A stretch of 64,000 nucleotides of DNA from Candidatus Binatia bacterium (lineage in GTDB: Bacteria; Desulfobacterota; Binatia; Bin18). The notes beneath the pieces were generated by a model. The model worked only from the letters and a program-made list of their open reading frames with translations, was not told the DNA's origin and did no database searches. Where the stretch lies: positions 32,001 to 96,000 of the forward strand of contig CAXXHG010000015.1 of the NCBI GenBank assembly GCA_963666315.2, in the 5' to 3' direction. A program made the position numbers and the translations under genes. Shown in pieces: positions 54,885 to 64,000 of the stretch; within the stretch, counting starts at the first letter, position 1; each line of letters begins with the position of its first letter.

Positions 54885-55400
54885 TCATAGTCTCTTCTTC
54901 CCTTCCGTTTTACCGGTTGTGGACCCAGCCCGCTGGGGCCGGGTGCTGTTGGGCAGGGATTCTTCGTGGTAGGCAGCTAAGGAGAGAGTAGTCAGGGTAT
55001 TCTGCACTCCCGGCACGGTATAGACGCAGTCGATCAGGTCTTTCAAAACCCGCGGCGAGGTGACGCGGACCTTGAGCAGGAGACACCACTCTCCAGTCAT
55101 TCTGTAACACTCTTCAATCACCGCGCCCGGACAATTTATACGCAAAAGGGCCGTCGCGGTATCGTCAGACTTCTCACGACATGTTACCCAGACGAAGGCG
55201 GTAAGCGGTTGGCCGAGAGCGCTCCAATCGATCCGGGCGTGATACCCACGGATGACGCTGTGCGCTTCGAGTCGTTTGACTCGCTCATGGACCGCTGGAC
55301 GCGAGAGGGGCACGACGCGCGCCAATTCCTCATGCGTCATGCGACCATTCTGGGCAAGCAAGTGAACAAGCTGTTGGTCTATAGTATCCACAATCTGCAC
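54885..55400 (-). CDS. Lrp/AsnC transcriptional regulator
   Basis: LSRPAVHERVKRLE HTH and CYRMTGE motif. Confidence 0.93.
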   Translation of the reverse strand: MQIVDTIDQQLVHLLAQNGRMTHEELARVVPLSRPAVHERVKRLEAHSVIRGYHARIDWSALGQPLTAFVWVTCREKSDDTATALLRINCPGAVIEECYRMTGEWCLLLKVRVTSPRVLKDLIDCVYTVPGVQNTLTTLSLAAYHEESLPNSTRPQRAGSTTGKTEGKKRL

Positions 55401-55672
55401 CCCCTTCGGATTGTTATGAACGATAGGTCAGAAAGAATGGAATAAAACATTCTAAGAGTCGATACTTTCTATTAAATTCCTGCACTTCGAAGGCACTATA
55501 CCTAATTGAGACGGATTTTCGATAGAGAATGCCGACGAATCGTTAGTGGGAGACGGTGCGTGAGGCGACATCCCAACGCCAATGTCCCTCACGGCCGCCA
55601 AGGTCAGATCTTTCGTCGTGATTTCGGCCGCCACAGTAAACGCGGCGGCCTGTTTTGCTCTACGAGGTTGGC

Positions 55673-56194
55673 TTATTCGCTGTCGTATTGGATGAACGAA
55701 AAGACCTCGTACGGCACGAGGCGGGCGCGGCCGCCAAGAAAAGACAGCTCAATGAGGAATGCGGCTTCGATAATATTTGCTTGTAGTTTTTCGGCAAGCG
55801 TGACCGCGGCCTGCGCAGTGCCGCCAGTCGCTAAAAGATCGTCAATGAGTAAAACGCGGCTGTTGTGCGGAAAAGCGTCCTGGTGAATTTCTAACGTATC
55901 CGTACCATATTCCAGTGCATAGCTGGCTCCAAAGGTCGCAGCCGGTAGTTTACCCGACTTGCGCACAGGGGCGAATCCACAGCCCAGGGCATAGGCTAGG
56001 GCTGAACCAAAGATAAAGCCGCGCGACTCAATGCCAAGAACGATATCGATCCGGTCGCGGTAGCGTTCAGCAAGCTGGTCCACGAGGTCGCGCCACGCCG
56101 GCCCGTTAGCCAGCAACGGGGTAATATCGCGGAACAGTATGCCGGGTTTAGGGAAATCGGGCACTCCGCGGATAAGGGTTTTCAGATCAGACAT
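55673..56194 (-). CDS. apt: Adenine phosphoribosyltransferase
   Basis: PDFPKPGILFRD, ESRGF, LEYG and DDLLATGGT motifs. Confidence 0.98.
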   Translation of the reverse strand: MSDLKTLIRGVPDFPKPGILFRDITPLLANGPAWRDLVDQLAERYRDRIDIVLGIESRGFIFGSALAYALGCGFAPVRKSGKLPAATFGASYALEYGTDTLEIHQDAFPHNSRVLLIDDLLATGGTAQAAVTLAEKLQANIIEAAFLIELSFLGGRARLVPYEVFSFIQYDSE

Positions 56195-56203
56195 ACGCTC
56201 CTC

Positions 56204-56974
56204 CTACGGGTTTCGCGGGTTTCGTGGGTTTCGACTGTACTGTGTCGCATGCCGCACAGCTGGCAGATAATGTATCGGATTGCGCGCGGTTTTACCGCTG
56301 CGGACCTCGAAATGCAAACTGGGTCCATTCACCCGACCCGATTCTCCAACCTCGCCCACGATATCGCTCCGTTGCACCGTTTGGCCCTCTTTGACCAGAT
56401 TGCGGTGATGGTGCGCATAAACGGTCGTGAAACCGTTGGCGTGTTTCATAATCACCACCTTGCCATAACCGCGTAACTCACCACTAAAGATGACGCGCCC
56501 AAGTGCCGCTGCGCGTACGGCTGTCCCAAGCGGAGCCGAGATATCGATGCCATCATGAAAGCTCCCGTTTCGTGGACCGAATCGAGAGGTCAGGTTTCCT
56601 TCGAGCGGCCAACTAAAAAGTTTTCCAGCATCATCTGGAATCGGTGGCTGTACAGGCGGCGGCTTCGATTTCCAGCGTGGCGGCGGCCCGCGTAGCGGGG
56701 AAGGAAGTGTGGCCGTGGCCGTCGTTTCTACAGCTCCACGGTCCAGGGCCCCATGTGGCACACGGAGGCGCTGCCCAGACTGAATCTGGTTGGGATCACG
56801 AATATTATTGAGCGCTGCGAGTTCCTGATACGGAATGCGGTACGCATTCCCGATCTCAGACAGCGTCTCACCTGATCGAACGACGTGATACTTGTACTGG
56901 GTGCGGGAACAGGCAGACACAAAAACCAGCACCCAGAGGAAGACGCCGAGGACCACACCACCCCACAGCGACAC
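56204..56974 (-). CDS. LysM + M23 peptidase lipoprotein (NlpD-like)
   Basis: VSAC lipobox, LysM domain, HDGID, YAH and LHFEVR motifs. Confidence 0.92.
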   Translation of the reverse strand: MSLWGGVVLGVFLWVLVFVSACSRTQYKYHVVRSGETLSEIGNAYRIPYQELAALNNIRDPNQIQSGQRLRVPHGALDRGAVETTATATLPSPLRGPPPRWKSKPPPVQPPIPDDAGKLFSWPLEGNLTSRFGPRNGSFHDGIDISAPLGTAVRAAALGRVIFSGELRGYGKVVIMKHANGFTTVYAHHHRNLVKEGQTVQRSDIVGEVGESGRVNGPSLHFEVRSGKTARNPIHYLPAVRHATQYSRNPRNPRNP

Positions 56975-57098
56975 TGCTTCTTCCCCGTTTCTCCACTAAG
57001 GATCGCTCATAAGGGAGCGTCAACACTAAGAACCATTGTTAGACTCTCGCACGCCTTTGTCAACAAAAAGGGTACAAGAAAAGAGGAAAGTAGTGCTC

Positions 57099-58088
57099 TC
57101 AATCATATTGAGGAGACTTTGTATTGAATCGATCCAGCCCCAGCGTAGCCCCCAAGCCGATGCAGATGAGCATCAGCACAGAGCCTATCTGGCCAGGGCT
57201 CGGGGTAAAAAATCGGACCGGCCAGTCTTCGACTTCAATCTGTATGCGTGTTTCGGGTGTGACGATCTGTCCTTTGACCATATCCCCCACTTGAGGCTTG
57301 ATACCAGTCTGGAAAGGCCACAGGCCAACCACGGCACCCAGAATCAAGCCCATGAGAACGCCAAGGGTAGCGGTTCGATAGTGTTCCAGCAGCCAACGAA
57401 TGAGATTACTGACACCGACTACGCCGACTACGACCCCAATGCCGACCGGCACAACCACAGCAAGAGCTTCATTCAAGACAGGCCAGTTCAGCCCCGTTTC
57501 CTCGCCCGCTCCGATCAGCCCCATTTTCAGCTTCTCAATACCACTCAGGATGGGAACATATTGGCCGAGCAGAAGCAGGAGATAGCCGCCGGATACGCCT
57601 GGTAGGATCATCGCACTCGCGCCTACCAGACCGGCAATAAAGAGTAAGAACAGTGACCTCTCTTCTTGTCCGACTTGGGCGGTATGACCCAAGGCCACAA
57701 GCACCATCAGCGCAAAGGCCGCACCTGTTCCGACAAAGAAACTCTTGGACACGGGTTGGGCGAGCCGCCAGATCAACGGGACGCCCCCAAGTGTCAGCCC
57801 GATAAACAGGCTATACATGATCCAGCGCTGCTCGATAACCAGGGTCTTCGTCGGTCCGGCCAGCAGAAGAATCGCACTGGCTGCAGCTCCGACAACGGCA
57901 CTCAAAAAGAGGAGAGAAGACGCACGCCAGCGCAACCGGGTCACATCCGCTATTGCGGTAATGAATTCCGTGTAGATTCCGGTCACAAGCAGCATGGTCC
58001 CGCCGCTGACACCAGGCACGAGATTCGCAAGTCCCATGAGCACGCCGCCAGTCGCGACCTGGATAATACTGCTCGGTTTTTCTGTCAT
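57099..58088 (-). CDS. DUF368 family membrane protein
   Basis: ANLVPGVSGGT and AMILPGVSGG motifs. Confidence 0.92.
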   Translation of the reverse strand: MTEKPSSIIQVATGGVLMGLANLVPGVSGGTMLLVTGIYTEFITAIADVTRLRWRASSLLFLSAVVGAAASAILLLAGPTKTLVIEQRWIMYSLFIGLTLGGVPLIWRLAQPVSKSFFVGTGAAFALMVLVALGHTAQVGQEERSLFLLFIAGLVGASAMILPGVSGGYLLLLLGQYVPILSGIEKLKMGLIGAGEETGLNWPVLNEALAVVVPVGIGVVVGVVGVSNLIRWLLEHYRTATLGVLMGLILGAVVGLWPFQTGIKPQVGDMVKGQIVTPETRIQIEVEDWPVRFFTPSPGQIGSVLMLICIGLGATLGLDRFNTKSPQYD

Positions 58089-58133
58089 ACGAGAACGAAC
58101 GAGGAGCATGCCCTTTCGTTATGAGGCGTCCGC

Positions 58134-59783
58134 TTAGGCCCCGGTTTGGCGGGCAGCGAGCGGCTGAACCTTGGCTGAAGAACGACGTCTGGTACGCCTT
58201 TTATCCTTTTGGAGTTTATATTCCATGCTATCGACTAGCGCCTGCCAGCTGGCTTCTATGACATTCGGCGAAACACCCACAGTGCTCCAGCGGTCGGTCT
58301 CGTCACCAGACTCAATGAGTACCCGAACCGTTGCGCTCGTTCCCTCGCCGCCCCCCAACACGCGGACCTTGTAGTCGTGTAATTCAACGGATTCAAGCTG
58401 AGGATAAAATTTGGTGAGCGCTTTACGTAAGGCACGGTCCAGCGCGTTGACCGGACCATTGCCCTGGGCGGCGGTATGTTCCACCTGCCCATCCGGCCCC
58501 TCGACCATGATCGTGGCCTCGGACAACGGCGGTTCATCCTCTTTGCGCTTTTCATCAATCACCCGAAACCCAATCAGGCGGAAATGGCGGACTTTGCCGT
58601 TGAGCGCCCGGCGCATCAGAAGTTCGAATGACGCTTCTGCTCCCTCGTATTGAAAGCCGGCGTTTTCGAGCTGTTTGACCTCATCCAGAATTTTCTTGAC
58701 CGCTGGATCCGTACTCTTCACATCAAGTCCAAATTGTTTCGCCTTGTAGACGACATTACTTCGCCCGGACAAGTCGGAGACCAACACGCGCTGCGTATTG
58801 CCTATCAATTCAGGGTCAATGTGCTCGTAGGTCTCTCTATTCTTTTGTACCGCAGCCACATGCAGTCCGCCTTTGTGGGCAAAAGCGCTGACGCCCACAT
58901 AGGCTTGACGTTTATCAGGCTCAATATTCGCCAGTTCGTAGACCAGCCGCGAAAGATGGGCCAGCTGTTTGAGCTGACTCGGGCTCACACACCGGTAGCC
59001 GAGTTTGAGCTGCAAATTAGGGATTACCGAACACAGGTTGGCGTTCCCGCAGCGCTCACCAAAGCCGTTAATCGTGCCCTGCACATGGACCGCCCCGCTC
59101 TGGACGCCGGCCAAAGAGTTCGCTACCGCCAGTTCACTATCGTTATGGCAATGAATCCCAAACTGAACCTCACCGGCCTGGAGAGCGACGTGGGCTTGGA
59201 CAGCAGCCTGCATGCCGTGTGTAATATCGGCGGGCATGCTCCCGCCGCGCGTATCACACAATACCAGGACGTCGGCCCCGGCTTGCGCCGCTACGGTTAA
59301 GCATTCAAGGGCATAACTCGGGTCGGCTTTATAGCCGTCGAAAAAATGCTCAGCATCAAAAATGACTTCATCCACCCGACTTTTGAGATAGGCAATCGAA
59401 TCGCCGATCACTTCCAGGTTCGCCTTTTTTGAGATTCGCAGGTCATCCCGCACGTGCAGGTCCCACGTTTTTCCGACAATGGTCACGACCGGGGTGTCGG
59501 CTTGGAGCAGGAGGCGAATATTGAAATCATCTGCAGCGGTAACCTTAGCCCGGCGGGTTGAACCAAAGGCAGCAATCCGAGCACGTTTGAGCGGCACCTT
59601 TTTAATGGCTCTGAAAAATTCTTCGTCCCGGGGGTTAGAACCTGGCCAACCCCCTTCGATATACTGAATCCCAAACTCGTCCAACTGTTCCGCCACCCGC
59701 AGCTTATCTTCGAGTGTCAATGATACATCTTCAGACTGGCAACCGTCTCTCAGCGTCGTGTCGTATAGGGCAATCTTTTTCAT
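58134..59783 (-). CDS. cimA: Citramalate synthase
   Basis: [29 protein letters not shown] and FAHKGG motifs. Confidence 0.95.
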   Translation of the reverse strand: MKKIALYDTTLRDGCQSEDVSLTLEDKLRVAEQLDEFGIQYIEGGWPGSNPRDEEFFRAIKKVPLKRARIAAFGSTRRAKVTAADDFNIRLLLQADTPVVTIVGKTWDLHVRDDLRISKKANLEVIGDSIAYLKSRVDEVIFDAEHFFDGYKADPSYALECLTVAAQAGADVLVLCDTRGGSMPADITHGMQAAVQAHVALQAGEVQFGIHCHNDSELAVANSLAGVQSGAVHVQGTINGFGERCGNANLCSVIPNLQLKLGYRCVSPSQLKQLAHLSRLVYELANIEPDKRQAYVGVSAFAHKGGLHVAAVQKNRETYEHIDPELIGNTQRVLVSDLSGRSNVVYKAKQFGLDVKSTDPAVKKILDEVKQLENAGFQYEGAEASFELLMRRALNGKVRHFRLIGFRVIDEKRKEDEPPLSEATIMVEGPDGQVEHTAAQGNGPVNALDRALRKALTKFYPQLESVELHDYKVRVLGGGEGTSATVRVLIESGDETDRWSTVGVSPNVIEASWQALVDSMEYKLQKDKRRTRRRSSAKVQPLAARQTGA

Positions 59784-61018
59784 AACCGTCGCGCTCGATC
59801 TTCCAACCGGGTTGAAGGGATAAACGCGTCGTGCAGCACCCGTACGGCAAGCTCTGCATACTTGGTGTCAATAATGATCGAGATTTTAATCTCTGAGGTA
59901 GAAATCATCTGAATATTAATACCTTCCTTCGCCAACACTTCGAACATGTGTGCGGCGACCCCGGCGTGGCTACGCATACCCAGCCCGACAATAGAGACTT
60001 TGGCTACTTCGGTATCAAACACCACATCTCCTGCGCCGATCTCCGGGGCGGCGGATCTCACGTGCTGCAGGGCTTTGAGCACATCCCCTTTGGGCACCGT
60101 GAAGGTCATATCCGTCTTGTCGTCAGCGCTCGCGTTCTGGATAATCATATCAACAACAACGTTGTCGCGTGCAATGGGCGTAAACAGCTTAGCCGCTAGG
60201 CCCGGCCGGTCAGGCACGCGTTGCAGGGTAATTTTAGCCTGATCTAAATCAGACGTGACACCCGAGACGATCACCTCTTCCATGCTTTGATCCTCCTGTA
60301 CCAGCCAGGTTCCTTCGTCCGTGGAAAAACTCGACCGGACGTGTACCGGTACCTGATAGCGTTTGGCAAATTCAACCGAGCGGATCTGTAGAACGTTGGC
60401 CCCAAGACTGGCCAGCTCCAGCATCTCGTCGTATGAGATACGCGCAAGCTTGTGGGCATGCGGGCAAATGCGCGGGTCGGCGCTATACACTCCGTCCACA
60501 TCCGTATAGATCTCGCATACATCCGCTTGTGTGGCGGCTGCAATCGCAACGGCGGTCGTATCGGATCCACCCCGCCCCAAAGTGGTAATATTGCCGCACG
60601 CATCAATACCCTGAAAACCGGCTACCACGACGATAACGCCGTCTTTAAGATCGTTCAGCAGCCGTGGTGTCTGTACGTTTTCAATCCGCGCCCGGCCGTA
60701 GGCGTCATCGGTTTCAATCCGGATCTGATGGCCGAGCAGAGAACAAGCAGGATAGCCCAGCTCTTTCAGCGCCATGGCAAGCAGGGCAATGGCGACCTGT
60801 TCACCGCTTGAGACCAGGACGTCACTCTCACGCGCATCCGGCTGCGGGCTGATCTGTCGGGACAGGTCAAGCAGCCGATTGGTCTCACCACTCATCGCCG
60901 AGAGCACGACGGCAACCTGATGGCCCGCGTCTCGCGCAGCCGCGACCCGTTTGGCAACTTCCTGGATCCGCTCAATCGAGCCGACCGAGGTGCCACCGTA
61001 TTTTTGGACAATCAACAT
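59780..61018 (-). CDS. lysC: Aspartate kinase
   Basis: [17 protein letters not shown] and TDVDG motifs; ACT domains. Confidence 0.97.
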   Translation of the reverse strand: MLIVQKYGGTSVGSIERIQEVAKRVAAARDAGHQVAVVLSAMSGETNRLLDLSRQISPQPDARESDVLVSSGEQVAIALLAMALKELGYPACSLLGHQIRIETDDAYGRARIENVQTPRLLNDLKDGVIVVVAGFQGIDACGNITTLGRGGSDTTAVAIAAATQADVCEIYTDVDGVYSADPRICPHAHKLARISYDEMLELASLGANVLQIRSVEFAKRYQVPVHVRSSFSTDEGTWLVQEDQSMEEVIVSGVTSDLDQAKITLQRVPDRPGLAAKLFTPIARDNVVVDMIIQNASADDKTDMTFTVPKGDVLKALQHVRSAAPEIGAGDVVFDTEVAKVSIVGLGMRSHAGVAAHMFEVLAKEGINIQMISTSEIKISIIIDTKYAELAVRVLHDAFIPSTRLEDRARRL

Positions 61019-61059
61019 AGGTTCTATTTGGATTGTATGTGGGCTGTCTCTGCTATTTT

Positions 61060-61536
61060 CTACTCCCGAGTAGGCAGGTGGACAACGAGACGTTCATACT
61101 GTTCCCCGTTCGGCGTCAGGGTCAACATACGATGATCTTTTTCACCGTATTCGAACCCGACCAGAAGGTATTGGTCAATCACATCACCCAGATCACCCGT
61201 AAGAAACTGAAACCACTCGATGACGGCAACGCCCCGCCCGAAGAGATATTCCTCAAACCCCAGCTCTTCCAGCGCAACGCCTTCCAGACGGTAGAGATCA
61301 ATATGGTAGAGGGGAATCCTTCCCCTATAGTGCTCGGTGACAAGAGTAAAGGTCGGACTCACAACCTCCTCGGCTGCGATCCCAAGCCCGGTCGCAATTC
61401 CTTTGACCAAGCAGGTCTTCCCAGCTCCTAAATCTCCACACAAGCCAATGACCATACCGGCCGTCACACACCGGCCGATCTGCTGCCCCAGGCGCAGGGT
61501 CTCTTCAGGTGAGGATGTCTGAATAATCCGCTGCAT
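61060..61536 (-). CDS. tsaE: tRNA t6A biosynthesis ATPase
   Basis: [19 protein letters not shown] and IEW motifs. Confidence 0.96.
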   Translation of the reverse strand: MQRIIQTSSPEETLRLGQQIGRCVTAGMVIGLCGDLGAGKTCLVKGIATGLGIAAEEVVSPTFTLVTEHYRGRIPLYHIDLYRLEGVALEELGFEEYLFGRGVAVIEWFQFLTGDLGDVIDQYLLVGFEYGEKDHRMLTLTPNGEQYERLVVHLPTRE

Positions 61537-63115
61537 GCGGGTCGATCTGTCCTGCCTGACGCACGGCACGCAGTGTGCCTGGAAGGCCTTCAATAACATC
61601 GCGGGCAAGCATCCCGACCTCACCCTGCTCCGCAGCCACAGCGTCTGCGGCCGCTCCATGCAGAAATACACCCAGACAGCATGCCTCTTCGGGTGAATAG
61701 CCTTGGGCAAGAAGACCACCGATGAGACCGGCTAACGCATCCCCCATCCCGCCGCTGGCCATACCGGGATTTCCGGTCGGATTCAGCCACGTCCGCCCGT
61801 CCGGGGCCGCAATAACGGTGCGGGCGCCCTTGAGGATGAGATAGCAGCCATGCTGGACGGCAAAACCCCTCGCGATATCGAGCCGATGAGCCTGAATGTC
61901 CGTTGTCTGTGTTTTGGTCAGACGTGACATTTCACCCGGATGAGGGGTGAGGATAAGTGGCACTTTTGTCGTTTTCAGCATGGACATATCCGCGGCAATG
62001 CAATTGAGACCGTCCGCATCAACCAGGATGGGGACGGTGCTGTTTTTGAGCAGCCAACGCGTCATCCGTTTGGTCTGTGCAGACACGCCGATACCCGGCC
62101 CAAATGCTACGGCGCTTTTCCCTTGCAGCGCTTGGCGCAACGCTTCTTCATTCAGCTTGAGGCTGCCATCTGCAGTCTCAGGCAACGGCGTAGTCATGGC
62201 TTCAAGCAGCACGGAAGAGAAAATCGGTATCAGTCCTTTTGGACCGGCAAGGGTAACGAGACCGGTACCCGTACGCAGCGCTGAAGATGCACACAGGAGG
62301 GCCGCACCACTTTTTCCACGTGCGCCGGCCAAGACAAGCAAATGGCCATAATGACCTTTATGCGCTTCGGGCCGGCGGTCTCGGATGCGAGTCCCCATCT
62401 CCCGGCGCGTCAGCAAAGCCGTTTGTGGGGAGACGGCCAGGACATCTGTGATTGCTTGAGCAGCAATGCCGATATCAACCAGCGCTAAGTGCCCGACAGC
62501 TGTCGTTCCAGGATAGAAAACCTGTCCAAACTTCGGGTAGCCAAATGTCACCGTCAAAGCCGCCTGAACCGTAGCGCCCAAGACCTGCCCGCTATCGGCA
62601 TTGAGTCCGGATGGGATGTCAACCGCAGCAATGCGCACCCCGCGTGCATTCATGAGTTCAATGAGCGCAGCATACAATCCTTTGCCTTGGACCGGACCGT
62701 TTAACCCCGTTCCGAGCAGGGCGTCAATAATGGCATCACACTGTGTCAGGCGTTTTCGAACCACCTCGAGCTGATCGGAAGAAGTGACTTCAGTCACCCT
62801 CCCCCGCAAGCGCAGGAAAGCGCGCAGATTCCGCCGCGCATCGCCGCGAACGTCATCTTTTTTTGCAGCCAGTACGACCTCACACGCTAGCCCCTGCTTT
62901 TTAAGCAAACGGGCCATGACGAAGCCGTCGCCTCCGTTATTGCCCTTGCCCGCTACGACAAGCACGCGTTTGGGCACGGCGCTTCCAAAAAACTCGACAA
63001 AAGCCTGCGCTGCTCCGGTCCCGGCCCGCTCCATAAGGATGTATCCGGGAGTACCGTATTTCTCTATCGTGAGCCGATCAAGCTCACGCATCTGGGCTGC
63101 ACTAACGAGATACAT
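61505..63115 (-). CDS. nnr: Bifunctional NAD(P)H-hydrate epimerase/dehydratase
   Basis: GKGNNGGDG, DIPSG, TPHPGE and GGMGDAL motifs. Confidence 0.96.
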   Translation of the reverse strand: MYLVSAAQMRELDRLTIEKYGTPGYILMERAGTGAAQAFVEFFGSAVPKRVLVVAGKGNNGGDGFVMARLLKKQGLACEVVLAAKKDDVRGDARRNLRAFLRLRGRVTEVTSSDQLEVVRKRLTQCDAIIDALLGTGLNGPVQGKGLYAALIELMNARGVRIAAVDIPSGLNADSGQVLGATVQAALTVTFGYPKFGQVFYPGTTAVGHLALVDIGIAAQAITDVLAVSPQTALLTRREMGTRIRDRRPEAHKGHYGHLLVLAGARGKSGAALLCASSALRTGTGLVTLAGPKGLIPIFSSVLLEAMTTPLPETADGSLKLNEEALRQALQGKSAVAFGPGIGVSAQTKRMTRWLLKNSTVPILVDADGLNCIAADMSMLKTTKVPLILTPHPGEMSRLTKTQTTDIQAHRLDIARGFAVQHGCYLILKGARTVIAAPDGRTWLNPTGNPGMASGGMGDALAGLIGGLLAQGYSPEEACCLGVFLHGAAADAVAAEQGEVGMLARDVIEGLPGTLRAVRQAGQIDPHAADYSDILT

Positions 63116-63121
63116 ACTCCC

Positions 63122-64000
63122 TTAGACGGACTCATTTGCACCAAGATGATTGCGAACAGCAGCGGCCACTTCCTCTCCGTAGGAGCGCACGACGTTTTCG
63201 TCTTCGCCCTCAACCATCACGCGCAGCAGCGGCTCTGTGCCAGAGTAGCGTACCAACAGACGGCCGTTGTCACCCAGCGCGTCTGTGACATGCCGCATGA
63301 CTTTCGCCACAGGTTCGATAGTCTGCAGATCCTGTCTCTCGCGGACGCGCACGTTAATTAAAACCTGGGGATAACGGCGCATCACTTGTCTCAGCTCGGA
63401 GAGCGGCTGTTGTTTTTCAATGAGAATCGCCAGGAGCGACAAAAAGGTCACAATCCCATCCCCAGTCGTATTCACATCCAAGAAAATAAGATGACCAGAT
63501 TGTTCACCGCCGAGCGTATACCCCCCACGCAGCATTTCTTCGACAACATAGCGGTCGCCGACCGGGGTGCGCACCAACTGTCCGCCCATTTGCCGTAGCG
63601 CAACCTCCAGACCGAGATTACTCATAACGGTGGCCACTACCGTCTTGTGCGGCAAGGCCTCACTGTTGAGACGTTCTCTAGCGGTAATGGCCAAGAGTAC
63701 ATCACCATCCATGATCTCCCCGGTCTCATCAACAAGAATCGCCCGATCGGCATCCCCGTCTAGGGTAATACCGATGTGCGCGCCCTGCTCCCGCACCAAC
63801 TGTTGCACCCGCTGCGGGTGTAAGGCCCCACACTCGTGGTTAATGTTTTCTCCATCCGGGGCAATCCCAATGGCAGTGACATCGGCCCCAAGCTCTTGCA
63901 GCACTTCCGGCGCGACTTTATACGCGGCTCCATTTGCACAGTCGATGACGACCTTGATCCCGTCGAGAGTGAGGTGACGAGGGAACGCGTTCTTGACAAA
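63122..64000 (-). CDS. glmM: Phosphoglucosamine mutase, 3' part
   Basis: DGDADR, VGDRYV, GGEQSGH and RYSGTE motifs; start lies beyond the window end. Confidence 0.96.
   Translation of the reverse strand, partial: FVKNAFPRHLTLDGIKVVIDCANGAAYKVAPEVLQELGADVTAIGIAPDGENINHECGALHPQRVQQLVREQGAHIGITLDGDADRAILVDETGEIMDGDVLLAITARERLNSEALPHKTVVATVMSNLGLEVALRQMGGQLVRTPVGDRYVVEEMLRGGYTLGGEQSGHLIFLDVNTTGDGIVTFLSLLAILIEKQQPLSELRQVMRRYPQVLINVRVRERQDLQTIEPVAKVMRHVTDALGDNGRLLVRYSGTEPLLRVMVEGEDENVVRSYGEEVAAAVRNHLGANESV

Overview
GC-rich bacterial chromosomal window. Gene content looks deltaproteobacterial, possibly Binatia-like, but that is inference only. The housekeeping backbone comprises ilvB (partial), tmRNA-smpB-panC-panB with a pan-motif-like leader, nagZ, mtnA, holA, ychF, mug, rdgB, uppP, apt, cimA, lysC, tsaE, nnr and glmM (partial). 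Accessory metabolic genes are interleaved with it. Two genes split by the ORF track are intact selenoproteins with an in-frame TGA and a SECIS-like hairpin: an AhpC/TSA-like protein (13576-14112) and a UGSC-family protein (37430-38029). The most unusual items are four: (i) a highly structured ~320-nt RNA with its own promoter and terminator, hiding a perfect Shine-Dalgarno and a 14-codon ORF, divergent from an RGG-repeat protein gene; (ii) a tandemly duplicated module of a nitroreductase-fold protein plus a small protein resembling an integrase core-binding domain; (iii) an SdhA/SdhB/HdrB-type complex whose flavoprotein has lost dicarboxylate-binding residues; (iv) the UGSC operon with a divergent Cys-less DsbA-like gene. 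There is extensive gene decay (hybrid kinase, rtcB, sulfotransferase, second nitroreductase, SnoaL, a deletion scar, IS stubs), with many short tandem duplications and REP-like palindromes. All calls come from reading motifs by eye; no database searches were run.
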